Assembly (NCBI GenBank): GCA_036172245.1
Contig: JAYWIR010000004.1
Span: 6,448,001-6,512,000, forward strand
Reading direction: 5' to 3'
From: Raillietiella orientalis
Taxonomy: Eukaryota
DNA: 64,000 nt
The notes beneath the pieces were generated by a model. It was not told the origin of the DNA. It made no database searches and was given only the letters and a program-made list of their open reading frames with translations. The number at the start of each line of letters is the position of its first letter. Position 1 is the stretch's first letter. Below, in pieces: positions 24,600 to 37,339 of this stretch. The translations under genes and the position numbers were made by a program.

Positions 24600-25950
24600 G
24601 CCTCCTCAAGGATAAAAGCAGACCCCGAGGGCATTCCTCTAGGCAACTCTTTGTGGGATCACCGGCCCCAGTTCCCTATCCTCTCACTGCCCCTTTCCCA
24701 CTCTCGTTCTCCATCTTTCAGAGATCCCGATCTCAGCACTCCGGAATCCAGGAGAGGACCTGGAGGAATGGGGAACCTCAGGAATCCTCAATGTCGCACC
24801 AGGACAGCGCACCAGCAGTAACCCGTCCTGTAGCGATGACCTTCCCCTTCTTCTCCCAGGGAGACTAGTGAGACTGGCTTTGTGCATCCCGCGATTTTCC
24901 AAACAGTGTTCTCTAAGAGCTCCAAGGACTTTTGCGGCCAATGCCTTTGCATTCACGTCCGGGGAGAAGGGGAAGAAACCCGTGTCCTTCCCACCCAGGG
25001 GGTCCTGGCGTTCCTTTCTGTGATCTCTCTGAGCTGTTCCTCCAGGGGACTTCCGAGAAAGCTGGCACGGCAGCCTCCTCCCTTCTCTGACTGTGCCGGC
25101 GCGTGAGAACTCCAACCGCCAGCCAAGAGACCCCCGGAGGCCTTCGGGGAAGCGGGAAGCTTCCCTTCTCTCCTGCAACCCTCTCGCTGGAGTGGATCAA
25201 CCTGACCCAGTCTCTCTGGAAGGAATTCACAGCTCTACCAAGTGGTACCTCTGGTCTCTTCTAGGCCCCTATTCGACTCGGAGGCGCGGGAGTTTAGGGA
25301 GGAGTTGGGAAGAGGGGCTTATGGCTGCTGGAAGGCATATTCCGCGACCTCCTTGGTCCTACTGGACTACTGTCGAAGGTCTTCGTACTGCCCTAGCAAC
25401 GCTTGCGCAGTCATTCCCAGCTTCCGCGTGAGTCGATCTGGAGGAACCCGAGCTTTCCTCGAATAGGGCGCTGTCTTATGTCTTCCACCTTCATGAATGC
25501 TCCCAAGATGGTCCTCAGCCGGATTTCCGGCATGAGCGGGAGATCATCTCCGTTTCTGTAGTCCGAATGCAGTGCTGGAGAGAAGGCACTTGCGTGAAAG
25601 AGCGGCTGCCGGACGAAGGGGCCGCGCTGGAAAGCACAGATTCTCGGAAGGAGAAGGAGGAAGGGAAGAAACACGGGTGCATCCCAGCTTGTTACCTTCT
25701 CGATCGCTCGAGGAGATGCACCAGTGTCACCGTCATCAGCGGAGGTCTAGGTCCATCATCTTCCTTAGTGGGAAGAGCTTGTTTCGTATTTGTGCCATCC
25801 TCTTCCAATGGGAATACTGTCTTCACCGCGACTCAGGGGAAGGAGGATTCAGGAGGAATATCCTTACGCCCCCAAGAATAGCGGGAACTCTTCTGCACTT
25901 GCATCGAACCTGGAAGGATTCGATGACTGCGGCAGCTGCTAGGTTACCAG
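24600..25950 (+). pseudogene. Degenerate leader + BTB-BACK
   Basis: KDFC..CIHVRGE...GVLAFLS; VSLEGIHSSTKWYLWSLLGPYS; LLDYCRRSSYCPSNACAV; LFRICAILFQWEYCLHRD...NILTPPRI. Confidence 0.7.
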
Positions 25951-25999
25951 TTGTCTCGCCGCTGACTACTCTCTACCACGTACGAGCAAGGATCACAAC

Positions 26000-26360
26000 C
26001 GAGAGCAACGGGAGCAGTTCACACTCGCTCTCGCTCGGGTTCCTCCGAGTGGCCCAGTCTGGGATATGAAGTACAAGGGCGTCCTGGGATCAATGTGAAC
26101 AGACGAGCTCGTGTCGCCAAGTAAACGCATCCCCATGCCGTGTCTGTCGCACGCAAACCTTCAGGGACCAACCTCGCCACCAGGAGGATGGCTCGGCCCA
26201 TTTCCTATTCATCTATTTATTCATCGGTCCTCTCTCCTCTGACTTCACTTCTCCCTAGTTTTGTCCCCAGCAAAGTCTAAGCCCTTCCTCTTGGATACGG
26301 ATCGCATCGTAGGGTACGCCTTGTTGTAAACTCCTGTTTCTGATTTATTTGGAATGAACG
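26000..26360 (+). mobile_element. Short ORF2 C-terminal remnant plus type-2 spacer ending at AATGA|ACG
   Basis: aacgcatccccatgccgtg resembles gacgtcatcccgcatgctgtt of copy E; spacer CTTCTCCCTAGTTTTGTCCCCAGC matches 22448-22480. Confidence 0.5.
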
Positions 26361-27300
26361 TCCCGGAAAATTCGTATGAGGAGGTCACTCAGGGGGAGGA
26401 TAAATTTTTTGAAACAAACAGAGCTCCCGAGATCCACAGTGTTCTCGCAGCACCGCGGATCTCTCCCGCTCCCCCGCCTAGGGAAGACAGCAGCTCCGCG
26501 CTCCAGGACAGGAAGGTCACCTCCAGGAAACATGGCGTGGATTCACGAGAAGTCACATCCCGGGAACAGCTTCTCAGGCAGAGGTGCTCGTTTCGCCGTT
26601 CACCCCCAGGAGAGCGCTCTTAATCCTCCTGCGCTCTCTTGCGAGGGGAGGAGAGTTCTCTCCGGAGCTTAGGTCTTCTTCAGAGGTCCCGGTTCTCCTC
26701 ACATTGTTCCTTGGGATTGAGTTATGACGAACAAGGAGGAAGAGGAGTAGGAGTAGGGGGGACAAGGGCTTCCAAACACCGAGATCACTCCGAAAGAGGG
26801 AGTCAGGATCACTCCACGCAGGAGCGCTAGGGGCCTCGCAGCCGTTGATGACTTCGAAAGATCGGCTGCGGTTCAGTCTCATTCGCTTGCTCTCCTGCTT
26901 GGTCCATCCGGTCTTCTAGGAGGTCATGCGGCGGCTCGCCTCCTCCGCAACACCTTCTAGCTTGAGGGCTTGCGCTTTGCGCTGTCCGGTCCCAGTGCTC
27001 TCCTTGCGGTCGAGGAATCAAGGAACTGAGAGGAGTGGTCCCAAACTGTCTAAAGAGATCCCGGAGAGCAACCTTGCGGTGGACAAGTTCGAGACCTCTC
27101 AGATCCCCTGCCATCCTCGCTCGGCTGGTCGGGTCATCGAAGACCTTCCCTGGTCTTCGATGAGACTTCCATGTCCCGGTCGCAGCTTCCAGAATGACGG
27201 ACGGGTTCTCCAGGGCGCTGGAGATCTACCCAAACAAGGACAACCTCCGGCGTGCCCAGATCTTGCCTGCCGCTCCCACCCCATCCGTTCCCTCCTTCCA
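26358..27300 (+). pseudogene. ORF3 remnant: leader + BTB-BACK
   Basis: Frame from ACG 26358 (SRKIRM...) stays open to LSCEGRRV; GGEFSPELRSSSEVPVLLTLFLG; LIRLLSCL; KLSKEIPESNLAVDKFE. Confidence 0.5.
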
Positions 27301-27899
27301 TTGGTCAGGTCCCGGTAGAGCTGCTGAAAGAACAGCGAAAGAAAAGGACCGATATAGGACCACCTTCTCCTCGCGGGATGCTCAATTCGCAGGGGCCGCA
27401 ATTGGCTCCCTCTTCTTACTCCTTCCCTCATCGGAGGTCGCGTCCGGGGCTTCGGGGACGATGCTTCTAGGAGAGCCGTAAATCTTCCCGTCGCGCCGTC
27501 GTGAACGAGCGGGCAAAAGCCGCCCTTCGCGGAAAGCAGCCGGAGAGCGGGACGAGGGGGAGAGCAGGCAGGAGAAACGTCCAGAGATGAAGACGTATCA
27601 GCCGCACCAGCAGGAGCTCTCAAAGACGACGATGAAGGAAGGAAAAGAAAGAAAGAAGCTCTCGGAGCGCTCTGGAGGACGCGAGACGAACCCTCCGGGG
27701 GAGCGAGCCCCGCCGCTCGCCTGCTCTTCCGACGTCGCGGACGTTCCCGTGGACAAAGCTGCCAACTTCAAGAGAACGCCGACAGAGGGAGAAGAAAAGG
27801 AAAGAGGAGGAGGAGGAGGAGGGGGAGATGAGATGGCTGCTGTTGCCTGGAAACCTGCGATCGACGCGCCGTCGATGGAGAGAGCGCTCGAGAAAGGAG

Positions 27900-29711
27900 G
27901 GATGCTACGCCATAGGACAATGCCCTTGAATCCTACTGCTCCCGCAACCTACCACGAGTCCCTGACCCTCCCTCACTTCACCATCCCTCTTCCAGTTACG
28001 CATACACCGAGGAGCTTGGACCCCTCCTCTCTACCTTCGTCGTACTTCTTCCGGGAGAGAGGAGCATTCCCGTAGCCGAAGCGTCTTCTTGCCGACCCCA
28101 CACGGGGATCTCCCCCTTGCTGGGCCGCACGCTCTCACTGTCACGTCTCTTTCAGCAGTGGAAAAGTGTACGGCATGCCGGTTCGACGGGGCATACGGCA
28201 GGGCGACAGCCCGAGTCCCCTGCTCTTTAGCACCTACTTTGAGTTGGTGCTGAGAGCATACAGGGTGACATTGGCTGCCTTGCCGAGCTTGTGCCCCGGC
28301 ATGCCTGCTGTAGCAGCATACGCCGACGATCTTCTGCTCTTGCTGCCCATGTCCGCCCCGGCAGCGGCAGTCGAGGATTTCTTCGATCTGCTAGGCCGCG
28401 GGAAGGAACTGTGGGTGAACAAGGCGAAGTCGTCGGTGGTACCGGTGGGTGCTACGTGGGCTGGACGGCCTGACTGGATTCGCTTGGGGATCCCCACGAC
28501 CAGGTACTTGAAGTACCTGGGCGTCCCGTTGGGGGACTTCTGCCCGTCAGAAGCCTGGTCAGGTTGTCTCCAGAAGGTAGAGTTGGCGATCGGCCCGTTC
28601 CTGAGAGGCAAGTTCCTCCTGCCGGAACGGGCCGTGGTGTGGAACGCGTTCGCGGCTCCCATCCTCTGCCCCCTGCTTTTTGTTTGCCCCGTACCCCCCT
28701 CTCCCCAGTTGAAAAAGAGAAGAACCTATTTCGTATCGCCCTGTGGGGCAGCGGGAGGCCCCGTGTGCCTTTGAAGGCTCCACGTCGAGACTGCGGTCTC
28801 GGTCCCCTGACGCTGGAACGCTTGGAAATCCAGCTGCAATGGCGCACCATGGCCATCGCAGCGAAGTTGTGGAGCACCCCTTGGTGCGTTCCGGACCGCC
28901 TCCTAGCCAGCCGTGTATCCAGGATGCAAGGACTTGCGTCTCATTTTCTGTGCCCCGGCCGGAAGATCAGAAGATGCGGCCTTCTCCTTGGACACATGGC
29001 CACACTGGTCAAGGAGAACGGCTGGATGGTATGCCGCCCCGCCAACTCCTCTGCATGGCTGGAGGAATCTGTTGGAACGTGGGCGAAGATGAATGCCCCG
29101 AGATGTAATAGCTGGAACTGCCTGCGATTCGGCCCCTACGCCCGCTGCACCCTGCGGACCATGCTGGAGGGTCCCGCCAGGAGTACGTGGGAGGAGACCA
29201 CCCCTCTAGCTACGGCTCTGCCCTTCCTAAGGAGGGCCCTCGTTAGCGTCCGGACGCCGAAGTGGCAAGTCTTCTGTCGGATCGCAGGCAGGGAGAAGAA
29301 GGGAGGGGGAGGCCCAGGGACGAGGGGAGAGTAAACCCTGAGTGTGCCAGGTGTGGGGAGCGGGAGTCCCTCCCTCACCTGATAGCTGACTGCCCTGCCC
29401 TCCGGTCCCTTTGGGAACGTTTCTGGACGACCCTTGAGATACCGGTTAGCGGCAAGCCCAGAGACGATTATCGCCTCCTCTTCGTGCGGGACGCCCTGCA
29501 GCCAGCCGCAGCCCTGGCAGCACTTTGCTGCACCCGTGGGATTGTGGCGACCTGGAGCGAAGCCGAAGATGAAGACGCCAACGAGAGGGACGTCATCCCG
29601 CATGCTGTTCGATTCCTGCAGAGAGCTACCGGATGGTCCCAGTTGAGTGGAATGAAGAAGGACCTCGAGGGCATCCTGCAAAGCATGGACCCCCCTCTTA
29701 GTGGTCAGTGA
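27900..29711 (+). mobile_element. L1/Tx1-like non-LTR retrotransposon ORF2 (RT core, thumb, CCHC finger), frameshifted and 5'-truncated (copy E)
   Basis: RRGIRQGDSPSPLLF (~28184-28228), YADD (28319-28330), VNKAKS, KYLGV (28511-28525), ERAVVWN, and C-x2-C-x7-H-x4-C CARCGERESLPHLIADC (29343-29393) over ORFs 28166-28774, 28564-29334 and 29262-29711. Confidence 0.92.
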
Positions 29712-29911
29712 TTCCTTCCCAGCCCTCCAAACTCTTTTTTTTTATTTGTTTGTTTTATTTTTCTGTTTGTTTTTTCCCCATCTCCTTCCACTGCCGAGGA
29801 GAGTCACGCTGGTCTGCATCCCGGCATCCCAGCAGGTCCTTCTAAATGTTAGTCGTTAGTGGGGCCTTGTATCACGTGTTGTAATGACAACATGAAGAAT
29901 TTGAATAAACG
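29709..29911 (+). repeat. Conserved ORF2/ORF3 spacer (copy E)
   Basis: TGATTCCTTCCC, U-rich tract, CTGCCG..ACGCTGGT..CGGCA, GCAGGTC, stem TGTT(A)GTCGTTA/TAATGACAACA, AATAAACG at 29904-29911. Confidence 0.8.
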
Positions 29912-30740
29912 TCCCAGAGTATCCAGGTGGCAACGTCCAAGAAGATGGCCGCAAGCAGGGCGCCAGCGTCCCGCGCTCCAGGAACTGTGGTCGCAGGTAG
30001 GGAGCCCACGCCAACTGCATAGAGTTTCAGAGGATCGTCCATACTTCTCAGGATGGCGTCGGGAAGGAAAGCGCCGTCGCCGACGCCTCCTCGTGGTCCA
30101 CACCCTCCTGAAACTAAGAGCTTGGAAACCGGGACGAAACCCAGAGCGCGGTCTCTTCCCAGGTGCTGCCAGAGGGGCGCCAACTCCCCGGTCTGGGCTG
30201 CTGAGGACAGCCAGAGCGCCGGAGGACTGCTTGTCGACGCCTCTGTTTCCGAGTAGACTCCAGCGGAGGTCCTGGGGAGACAAGGAGCACCCGGAGGAGC
30301 CACTCCCGGAAGCCAGAAGGTTCCTTGTCAGTTCGAGAGAAGACCCCGCACCGCTGCCCCCGCCTTCTTGCAAGAAGGCTCCGGGAGCACCGGATTCTGG
30401 TGTTTGGGATGCGGTTTTACCCCTCCCCTTTTGAGGGAGGGCGCAGCTCCGCCCGGGCACCCGTCGAGAGCTGCGGCTTCGGCCGCTCCGGAATTCGACG
30501 GGAGGGGACGGAGAGTGAACCTCCCGCGGGCGCTGGCGGGGACGAGCGGAGAGCAGCGCCGAAGACGACCCAGCGGGCATCCGCGCGTTTCCTCCACGCT
30601 CCTCCTCTCTGTCTGTGTGACAGCGCTTTGTGCCTGCAAGCCAGGATCCCGATGCTATCAACCTGGATCCTATCTCTCCTACAATTAATTTTAGGGCCAT
30701 CAAGACAGCAGGTCATGAACGCCTCTGTCTCCCGGGTCAT
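29909..30740 (+). pseudogene. ORF3 remnant: leader + BTB downstream of the RT-bearing copy E
   Basis: (ACG)SQSIQV...; RAPEDCLSTPLFPSRLQRRSWGDKEHPEEPLPEA; ALCLQARIPMLSTWILSLLQLILGPS. Confidence 0.55.
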
Positions 30741-31199
30741 TTAATCTTCGCTGCTCCGCCGCTCCTACCGCCCTCCGTCCTTTGTTTGGTTTGCTTGTCC
30801 GCTGAGCTGCTTTCCTTCGCGACGCTTTCGACCTTCTTCCGTCCTCCGGCGGATGGATCCGCCGCTCCGAATTTGCGGATCTCTCCGGGGGGCGTCAGGC
30901 GATCTCCTTGAGGGATTAATGGTTTAGAGGGTTCCTGACACTGTTGCCAGGTGAAGGTGCGGAGGGCTGGTCCCCCACGCGGCTGGCTCGCCAACCCGTT
31001 CGCCTGGACCGTCCCCTGAGTCCGCCGCTTCCGATCGGAAGAAGAAACGGATAAGAGAGAGGAAAGGGGCTGGGGTGGAGGGCGGCAGCAGTCTTGTTCT
31101 TCCCCTTTCGAGAGCCCTCCAGTGGCGTCGGCTCCAGCGGACCTTCGACGGAGGTCAGCCAGATACGGAACGTGACCGGCTCAGAGGAATGCCGTGGAG

Positions 31200-31550
31200 A
31201 GAAAGCTACGTGGGATCACCAAGGGGCGAGCACCCTGGAGGAAGTGGGAAAGAGGCGGACAGGAAGGGGAGAGGGATGTGGGCCGAAGGTCATGGGAAAC
31301 GTCAGTAGCTGCCAAGGGAGTTTCCCGCTCCTTTTCGACGATGCGGATGACGGTCCGTGTGACGGCCCTCTGCGCATTCACGGCTGCTCCCAGCCCCTAC
31401 CCCGCTCTGCTTCGAATGGGGAGAGGACAGATTTTCCTGAGGGTGTTGAAAGTCGAGGATTCTATTGCAAGGAAAGCACCTTCCTCTCTTGGGCGGAAGG
31501 AACAAGTCTGCGGGAAGAAGGTTCTGGTAAAAAGCTTGCCTCCCTCTCCG
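31200..31550 (+). mobile_element. Possible decayed ORF2 C-terminus
   Basis: RVTALCAFTAA...QIFLRVLK weakly resembles SLAALCYLHG...IHFAVRLIR. Confidence 0.3.
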
Positions 31551-31699
31551 GCCGACCCGTAAAGAACGCTTCCTTCTTCCAGGGAACCGGCTGACGTGCT
31601 CCCTGGAAGAAAGGAGTCTTCGCGGTGTTGACTTTGCTGCCCTCTGGCTTTAGCTCCTGGTAGTTCCTCCTGTCCCTGCCGATGATGTATCTTTGTGGG

Positions 31700-33250
31700 G
31701 GCATCCATTGCACTGGAGACTCCCATTGACCCAAATGGACTGAGTAACAGAAGTACCTGGTCGTGTATCTCAAGGACGGGACTTCGCTCCAAGTCGACTC
31801 CTTTTCCTCCTCTTGCTCGTCGCAGTCCTTTGCCGCGCGTTTTCTATCTTTGCGATCACTCTCAGGACCCCGGGGGAACTCCATGGGGAAGAGACTGTCG
31901 AGCTAAGAGGTGAGAAGAACAAGAGATGTGCTCCGGGCAGTGCTCTTGCAGATGAGACTCCACGCAGAAGCGACAGGAGGAAGAGAGAAGAAAAAGAGGA
32001 AACGGAGCTCCTCTTGGCTGCTGAAGTACAGCTGCTTCTTTGGGGCAGCTGAAGAAAATAACTTCATCCCATTCGAAAAACAGAAGGCGCCCATCCTCGG
32101 CCTTCTCCTCTACACAACTGAATGCTTCAGCTACCTTGTTGCTTTCTACTAGAATCTCCCGCTTGGAGCAGCGTCTTCGGAAGAAGAGCAAGGAAAGAAA
32201 AAAAAAAGGGGAAAAAAGAACAACCAGGAAGCTTGGGGAGCTGCATGATTTCTGGAACAGGAGCGCAGCTTCTCGGCGCCGGTGCGAAGAAAATAGCAGA
32301 ACGAACACAAGAGCAGGATGCTGTAATTCCCAACGAGCTACGAGGAGCAGAAGACGAGCAGAGCTCTCGCGAGTCGCGGCGGAGAGAGCTCGAATTTCAA
32401 AGCCCCCAGCACGGTCCGCGTGCCCGGAGGGCTTGTGGTTCTTTTCTTCCCTCCTCTTCATGGATGAGGAAAAAGAGAGAGAGAGCTTTCTGGTAGAGAC
32501 TGCTCTTCCTGAATTGCGTTCCATTGCTTCCCCCATTGTTCCTTCCCGCAACATTTCTGAGGAGATTACCGAGGGAACCGCTGCCCTCGCGAGAGCGATG
32601 GATGACGGCGGCCTTTTGAACGACACCGTGGAGGCAAGAAGCGTCCTCTCTGGGACGCCGAGCTTCTCAGGAAGCTTTGATCTCCTCCTTGGGGATGTAG
32701 AAGGATTTCGAGTCTCTGGAAGAAAAGGAATGGAAGCAGGCAAGCTGCAGGACAAGCGTTCGGTTTCCTCTTACCTCGATGTTTGCCGCGGGAGTCGGAA
32801 GAGGGCCGCATCGGATTTCTGAGAAGGTCGAGCCTGGGAGCAGTGCTCGCTGCTCTTCTCCAGCCGCTCCCGCTGCAGTGGCCTTGAACTGAAGGGTTCT
32901 CGGGTTTGCTGGAATGCAGGAGGAGTAAGCGGGTCAGGGTACCTCATGGCCGGGGGAGTGGGCTCGTGCATCCCTGAGCACCAGCACCCGGGAGAACGGA
33001 TGCAGAATTTAGAACAGAACGGTTCTCTCCACGGTCATCCGTGGCGGTCGAGACAGCCATCGTCTAGGATGCTCCAGAAAGAAGCTGCATGCTTTTTTCT
33101 CTGCATCCAAAGATGCTCTCGTGTTCCAGAGAGATTGGCGCAACTAACCTCGACGCTCTCCCCAGACGTGGTAGCCCTTCGGGATTCCTCTGTGATCTTT
33201 TGTCCCCGGTGCAGTTCGGAAGGGAAATAGCGAAGGACCCGGGACTCGAC
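31700..33250 (+). pseudogene. Degenerate leader + BTB-BACK-Kelch
   Basis: WLLKYSCFFGAAEENNFIPFEKQKAPILGLLLYTT; SLGSCMISGTGAQL; EGLWFFSSLLFMDEEKERESFLVETALPELR; Kelch-like AAVALN*RVLGFAG and YLMAGG. Confidence 0.65.
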
Positions 33251-33299
33251 TGCGACTCGGATAATCCCAAAGAGACGCTTGCAGCGGACGCAGCCGCGA

Positions 33300-33617
33300 A
33301 GAACAGAGGATGGATCCTTCGAGATTGCAATAGACGAGATCGGTCGCCCGTCCTGAAACCTCCGATTGCCAGCGGCTGAGGGCACGACCACCCAGCCGGT
33401 TGCGAAGGAGGCTCTGATCGCTGAAAAAATGCACAGACTCTGTATCTGCAAGCATGCAGGAGTGCAAGAATCGATTGGAAGAGAGCAACCAACCCTTGCG
33501 CCTCTTCGCATCTTGGTTCTTCGCGGCCACTGCTGTTGCTTTCCGCAGCATCACCGAACTACGCTGAGCATCTCCCAAATGATTCATTTCGCGCTCGGAC
33601 TCCTCGGGGAAAGGTAG
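33300..33617 (+). mobile_element. Decayed ORF2 C-terminus
   Basis: EKMHRLCIC...PTLAPLRILVLRG...MIHFALGLL. Confidence 0.45.
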
Positions 33618-33699
33618 GTATTTACCCTAGTGTTTGCTCTTTTTCGTTGCTTCTAAACACGCCGTCCCCCGAGTCCCGCTGCGGCTGTCGGATGCCTCC

Positions 33700-34200
33700 G
33701 AGGAAAATTCCATTCCTCCCTCAGAGATGCTGATCATCTCGCGAGAGATCTGGGGATGTCCTCAGCTACCCAATTCAAACTCACCGACTGCGTCCTTTTC
33801 TCGATTACTTGCACTGAGGGGAAGCAAACGGGAACTTCCTCCCGTTTTCTTTACCGGGAACCATGAGGCCTTCCTCGAAGAATCACAAGGGTTACGGAGT
33901 TCCGTCTACCTCGTGTCGCTTTCGTGAGAACTCCTGGAGGCCTTTCCGGATTGTCGATTCGCGTCCCCTTTCTCGCCAGCTTCTCTCTTCCTCGAGGGCT
34001 CCCTTGGGAACTTCCAGAGAGCTTCCATCTCTTCGTTTCCTTATTTTCTCCTGCTTTTTCTCTCGGAAAGCACCGCCGCAACCTTAGTAGTTTTCCTCCG
34101 GAGGACAATTGTACTCCCTCTTGCACTCCCTGACGGAGGCGGCGCGGCTCTCGTAGAAAATCCTCGGGGGTGAGATCCAGGAATGATGGCAGTGGCTGAG
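33700..34200 (+). pseudogene. BTB remnant
   Basis: cagagatgctgatc shared with the BTB start at ~20120(-); ASFSRLLALRGSKRELPPVFFTGNHEAF. Confidence 0.4.
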
Positions 34201-34699
34201 GAGGGATTCGCGCGGAGACGGCAGCAGCAGACTCAAGCTCGCAAGGCGCTCCTCGTTTCCCTCTTCCACTCTCATTCTTGAGGCACGAGGGCATGACTTC
34301 TCACGAGCCACGGTGAGTTGCCGATAGCCCGGGAGCAGCAGGGAGGAGGAAGTTGGGTATGGGCTTCGCAGTGGCATCGGCAGTGGCGAATGGAAGGGTG
34401 CGCGCCATTCACACGGATTCCTCTCGAGTCAGGATTGATGGCTCCCTCGGACGCAATTGCGTCCACATCCAAGACGCGACGCCCTCCAGGTTCTGTCCCT
34501 TCGGGGGACTGTGCGGGGTGGCAAGGAGCCATCCGCCTTTCCAGCAAAAGAAAAAGACGAAGAACCAGTCAGCGCCTCGCCCCCGTTAGAGCAAGCGAGA
34601 GGGCAGCTGGCCTCGGGACCGACAAAGCCAGCCTCCCACTCTGCAGCGAGCGGAGTGATCTGTCCTCCCACAGCCGCTCTTAAGTGCACGAGCGCCCGA

Positions 34700-35250
34700 A
34701 GGTGTTGCATCCTCCTTGGGGTCTCTCTGCAGCAGCCACTTCCGCCTTCCTGGAAGAGGACGACCGGAGGCTTTCGAATTCTTCGGAGAGAATGGTTTCA
34801 CCTGAGGACGGCAGCTGCAGGAGGCAGATCTTCCCACTGGCAGGAGCCGAGTGCACCATGGCAACTGTAGAAGCAAAATACTGCCCACATTCGCCTCTCC
34901 TGGCGCCATTCAACCAGTGTGGGTTCCTCCCTTCCCATCCCGCGCGCAACCGCAGTTGGCGTTTCTCGGAGACTTCCCCGAACGGGTGCAGCGTCGAAAG
35001 AGTCTGTGCGAGGAAAGCGGCTCAAGGGAAATAGGGCGCCATCGGAGGAGAGGACGAGAGAAGAGGTGAATCAGGGGAGGCCGCTCAGGGGTCGCGTCCT
35101 CGGTTGCCGTCGCGTCCGATACAGTTTGTCGGGACGGTCGGGGCGGCAGGCAGGCTGAACGAAAGGATCCGACACGCTGTTAGCGGCAGCGCTAGCTGGG
35201 CAGCTGCGGGACGCAGCTTCCCAGCAAGTTCCCCTTCCTTACACCTGCTT
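34700..35250 (+). pseudogene. BTB remnant
   Basis: TVEAKYCPHSPLLAPF...FSETSPNGCSVERV; FVGTVGAAGRLNERIRHAV. Confidence 0.5.
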
Positions 35251-37339
35251 TCCGCCCACGGAAACACTGCTACCGCCGCCCACCTTCCCCCTCTCTTCGC
35301 TCCACGACCCGCCTTTCCCTCCTCCTGCTCTGACGGCCGCGCGATCGCTCACCTCGGAGTCCGTGCCGCCGGCACAGACTCCGCGGGACCGCGCGGCAGT
35401 CTGGAAGGCGTTTCCGGTCGCACCCACCTGGGGAGAAAGACGCACGTCGGGAATGAGAGGGGAGAAGGAGAGGATGCAGTGCAAGAGAAAGAGCGAAGGA
35501 AGAAAGAGGAGGGAAACAGGGAGGACGATGAGCTTCCGTCTCCTTGCGTTCGAGCTCGGAGCCATCCGAGGATGACCGCTAGAGAGACGGGCAGTGTGCT
35601 CTCTAGAGCACAGCTGGGAAGGTTTGGGAGAGCAATGAACGGAAGCGTGCCTGAGAGGCTGCTTCTTCGAGGTTCTGCCATCTCTGCTGTCCTTTTCCGT
35701 TCCTCCGTCTCCTTTCCTTCCTCGTCCTCCTTTTCCCGCTCCTCGCACTCATCTTCCTATCTTTCCTGTTCCCTTCCTTCTCATCCTCTTCTTGACGAGG
35801 AGATTGTCGTTGAGGCCGACGTTTCCCGCTGCATCCCCGCGGGATGCTGCTTTCTCAGCTGGCGGAGGAGCAGGCGGCGGACCGTCCCCGACCGAGACCG
35901 AACTCGAGCTCGCAAGAAGAGGCTCCCGCAGGAACGTCAGGCCCCTTTCCGATCCGTCGGAGGTCCTCAGACGCCAGGAGCTCTCATCGTTCCTTGAAGC
36001 TGCCGGAGAGGCTCGGATGCGGAGTGAGGACCTGACACCGGCCACTGTCACCGAGCCAGCTGCGGACTCCGGACAGCGGAGCGCTCCGTGGAGCGGCTCC
36101 GCGGACGCTGGAAATCATCTTCCTGCCTCGCATCCCTAGCCCGGACCCGAAGCTGGAGACTTGCGAAGCAAGAGGCAAGAACCGGAGTGCTTCTAGAAGA
36201 CTCTCGATTGGAGGAGAGAAGAGAGAGAATCCGAGGGAACGGCAGCGGCACCGAGAGAAGGTGGCTGAGAGGAAGAGGAAGAGAGAGTGGATACGGAAGA
36301 CTAGGTCGTCACAGAGAAGGATCTCCTTCTCTGGACGCTGCCGAGCCACCCCACACCTCTTCGAGAGTCTCTTTCCCTAGCAACGCAGGGGAGGAAGCGC
36401 GCGGATCCTAGGATCATCGGAAGTAGGAAAGTATGACTCTTGGTTGGAGCGTCGAGGGAAAGGAATAACGGTAGCTCAGCCATCTGTGAGGGGAAGTTCC
36501 AGGAACCTTTCTTTCTTCCGGAATTTTTTGGTCATCCTGCTGCCGCTGACCTGACGGCGTGTTTCCTCCCACGGAACCAGCAAGGGAGGAAGCAGACATC
36601 TCCTCCTCCTTTCCTTCTTCCTACCTCTAACGAAAGAACCTTCCAAGGAGACTAAGGGGTACGTCCTGGGAATCCTATGTGCCGCCTTGCGGGTTCCGCA
36701 TTGGCCGACTGCTGCCACTGCTGCCCACGAGGCTGGGGTGCTGCTGCGAGGCCTCCCTGGCGCATCTTCTCTGGCAGCTGGGACGCCACCGAGGGCTCTC
36801 TCGCCTCACTACCTCTGAATTGGGGAATCGAAAGGAAGGAGAGCAGCCGGGAGGCCATCCCGGAAACCCCTCTTCAAGCCTGTCCAGATAGACAGGAGGC
36901 AGTCCCATCCTGGCAAGCTGTGCCGAAGGAGAGGGTTCCGAGGTTCCTTCGGGAGTGCTCCCGTCTCCGAGGAGTTGGGAGAGAGGAAGAAAGGCAGGTC
37001 GCCACGGGAGACGGCGTTGACAGAGAAATCTCTGGAGGACATCGCAGGTCTTGCCGGAGGTCGAGGAACCAGAGAAGGAGGGGAGGAACGGACGTCTCTG
37101 GGGTCTCGCACGAGAATAGAGACCGCAAGTGGCCGGATGGTGTGTCATCCTGCCAAAAGGTGGAAGGTGACCGTGAGCGCGGTGAGGTGCTGCTCCCCTC
37201 CATCGCCTCGAGGTAGCGACATGGTTCTCCAGAGGACTCCCCCGAGCTCAGACGTCGGAGTTGAGGGGACTTTTTCGAGACTCGGGAGCGCCGAAAGCTG
37301 GTGGCTAAGGGGGAGGAGATTACCATCGAAGGACTCCTA

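Noticed and set aside
26827..27114. Minus-strand zf-RVT-like reading (LVHRKVALRDLFRQFG)
   Set aside because: No intact Cys/His ligands, and the plus strand is explained as BTB-BACK continuation.
29909..30000. Post-AATAAA sequence as a degenerate RT KYLG/thumb (self-targeting into RT)
   Set aside because: The resemblance (EYPG, EHPG) is in a different frame from the one that stays open from AYG to BTB in several copies.
31350..31890. Minus-strand gag/ORF1-like reading (EIHDQVLLLLSPFG, CFPCN..H)
   Set aside because: Needs several frameshifts, and the plus strand fits the ORF2-end/leader/BTB pattern at the expected spacing.
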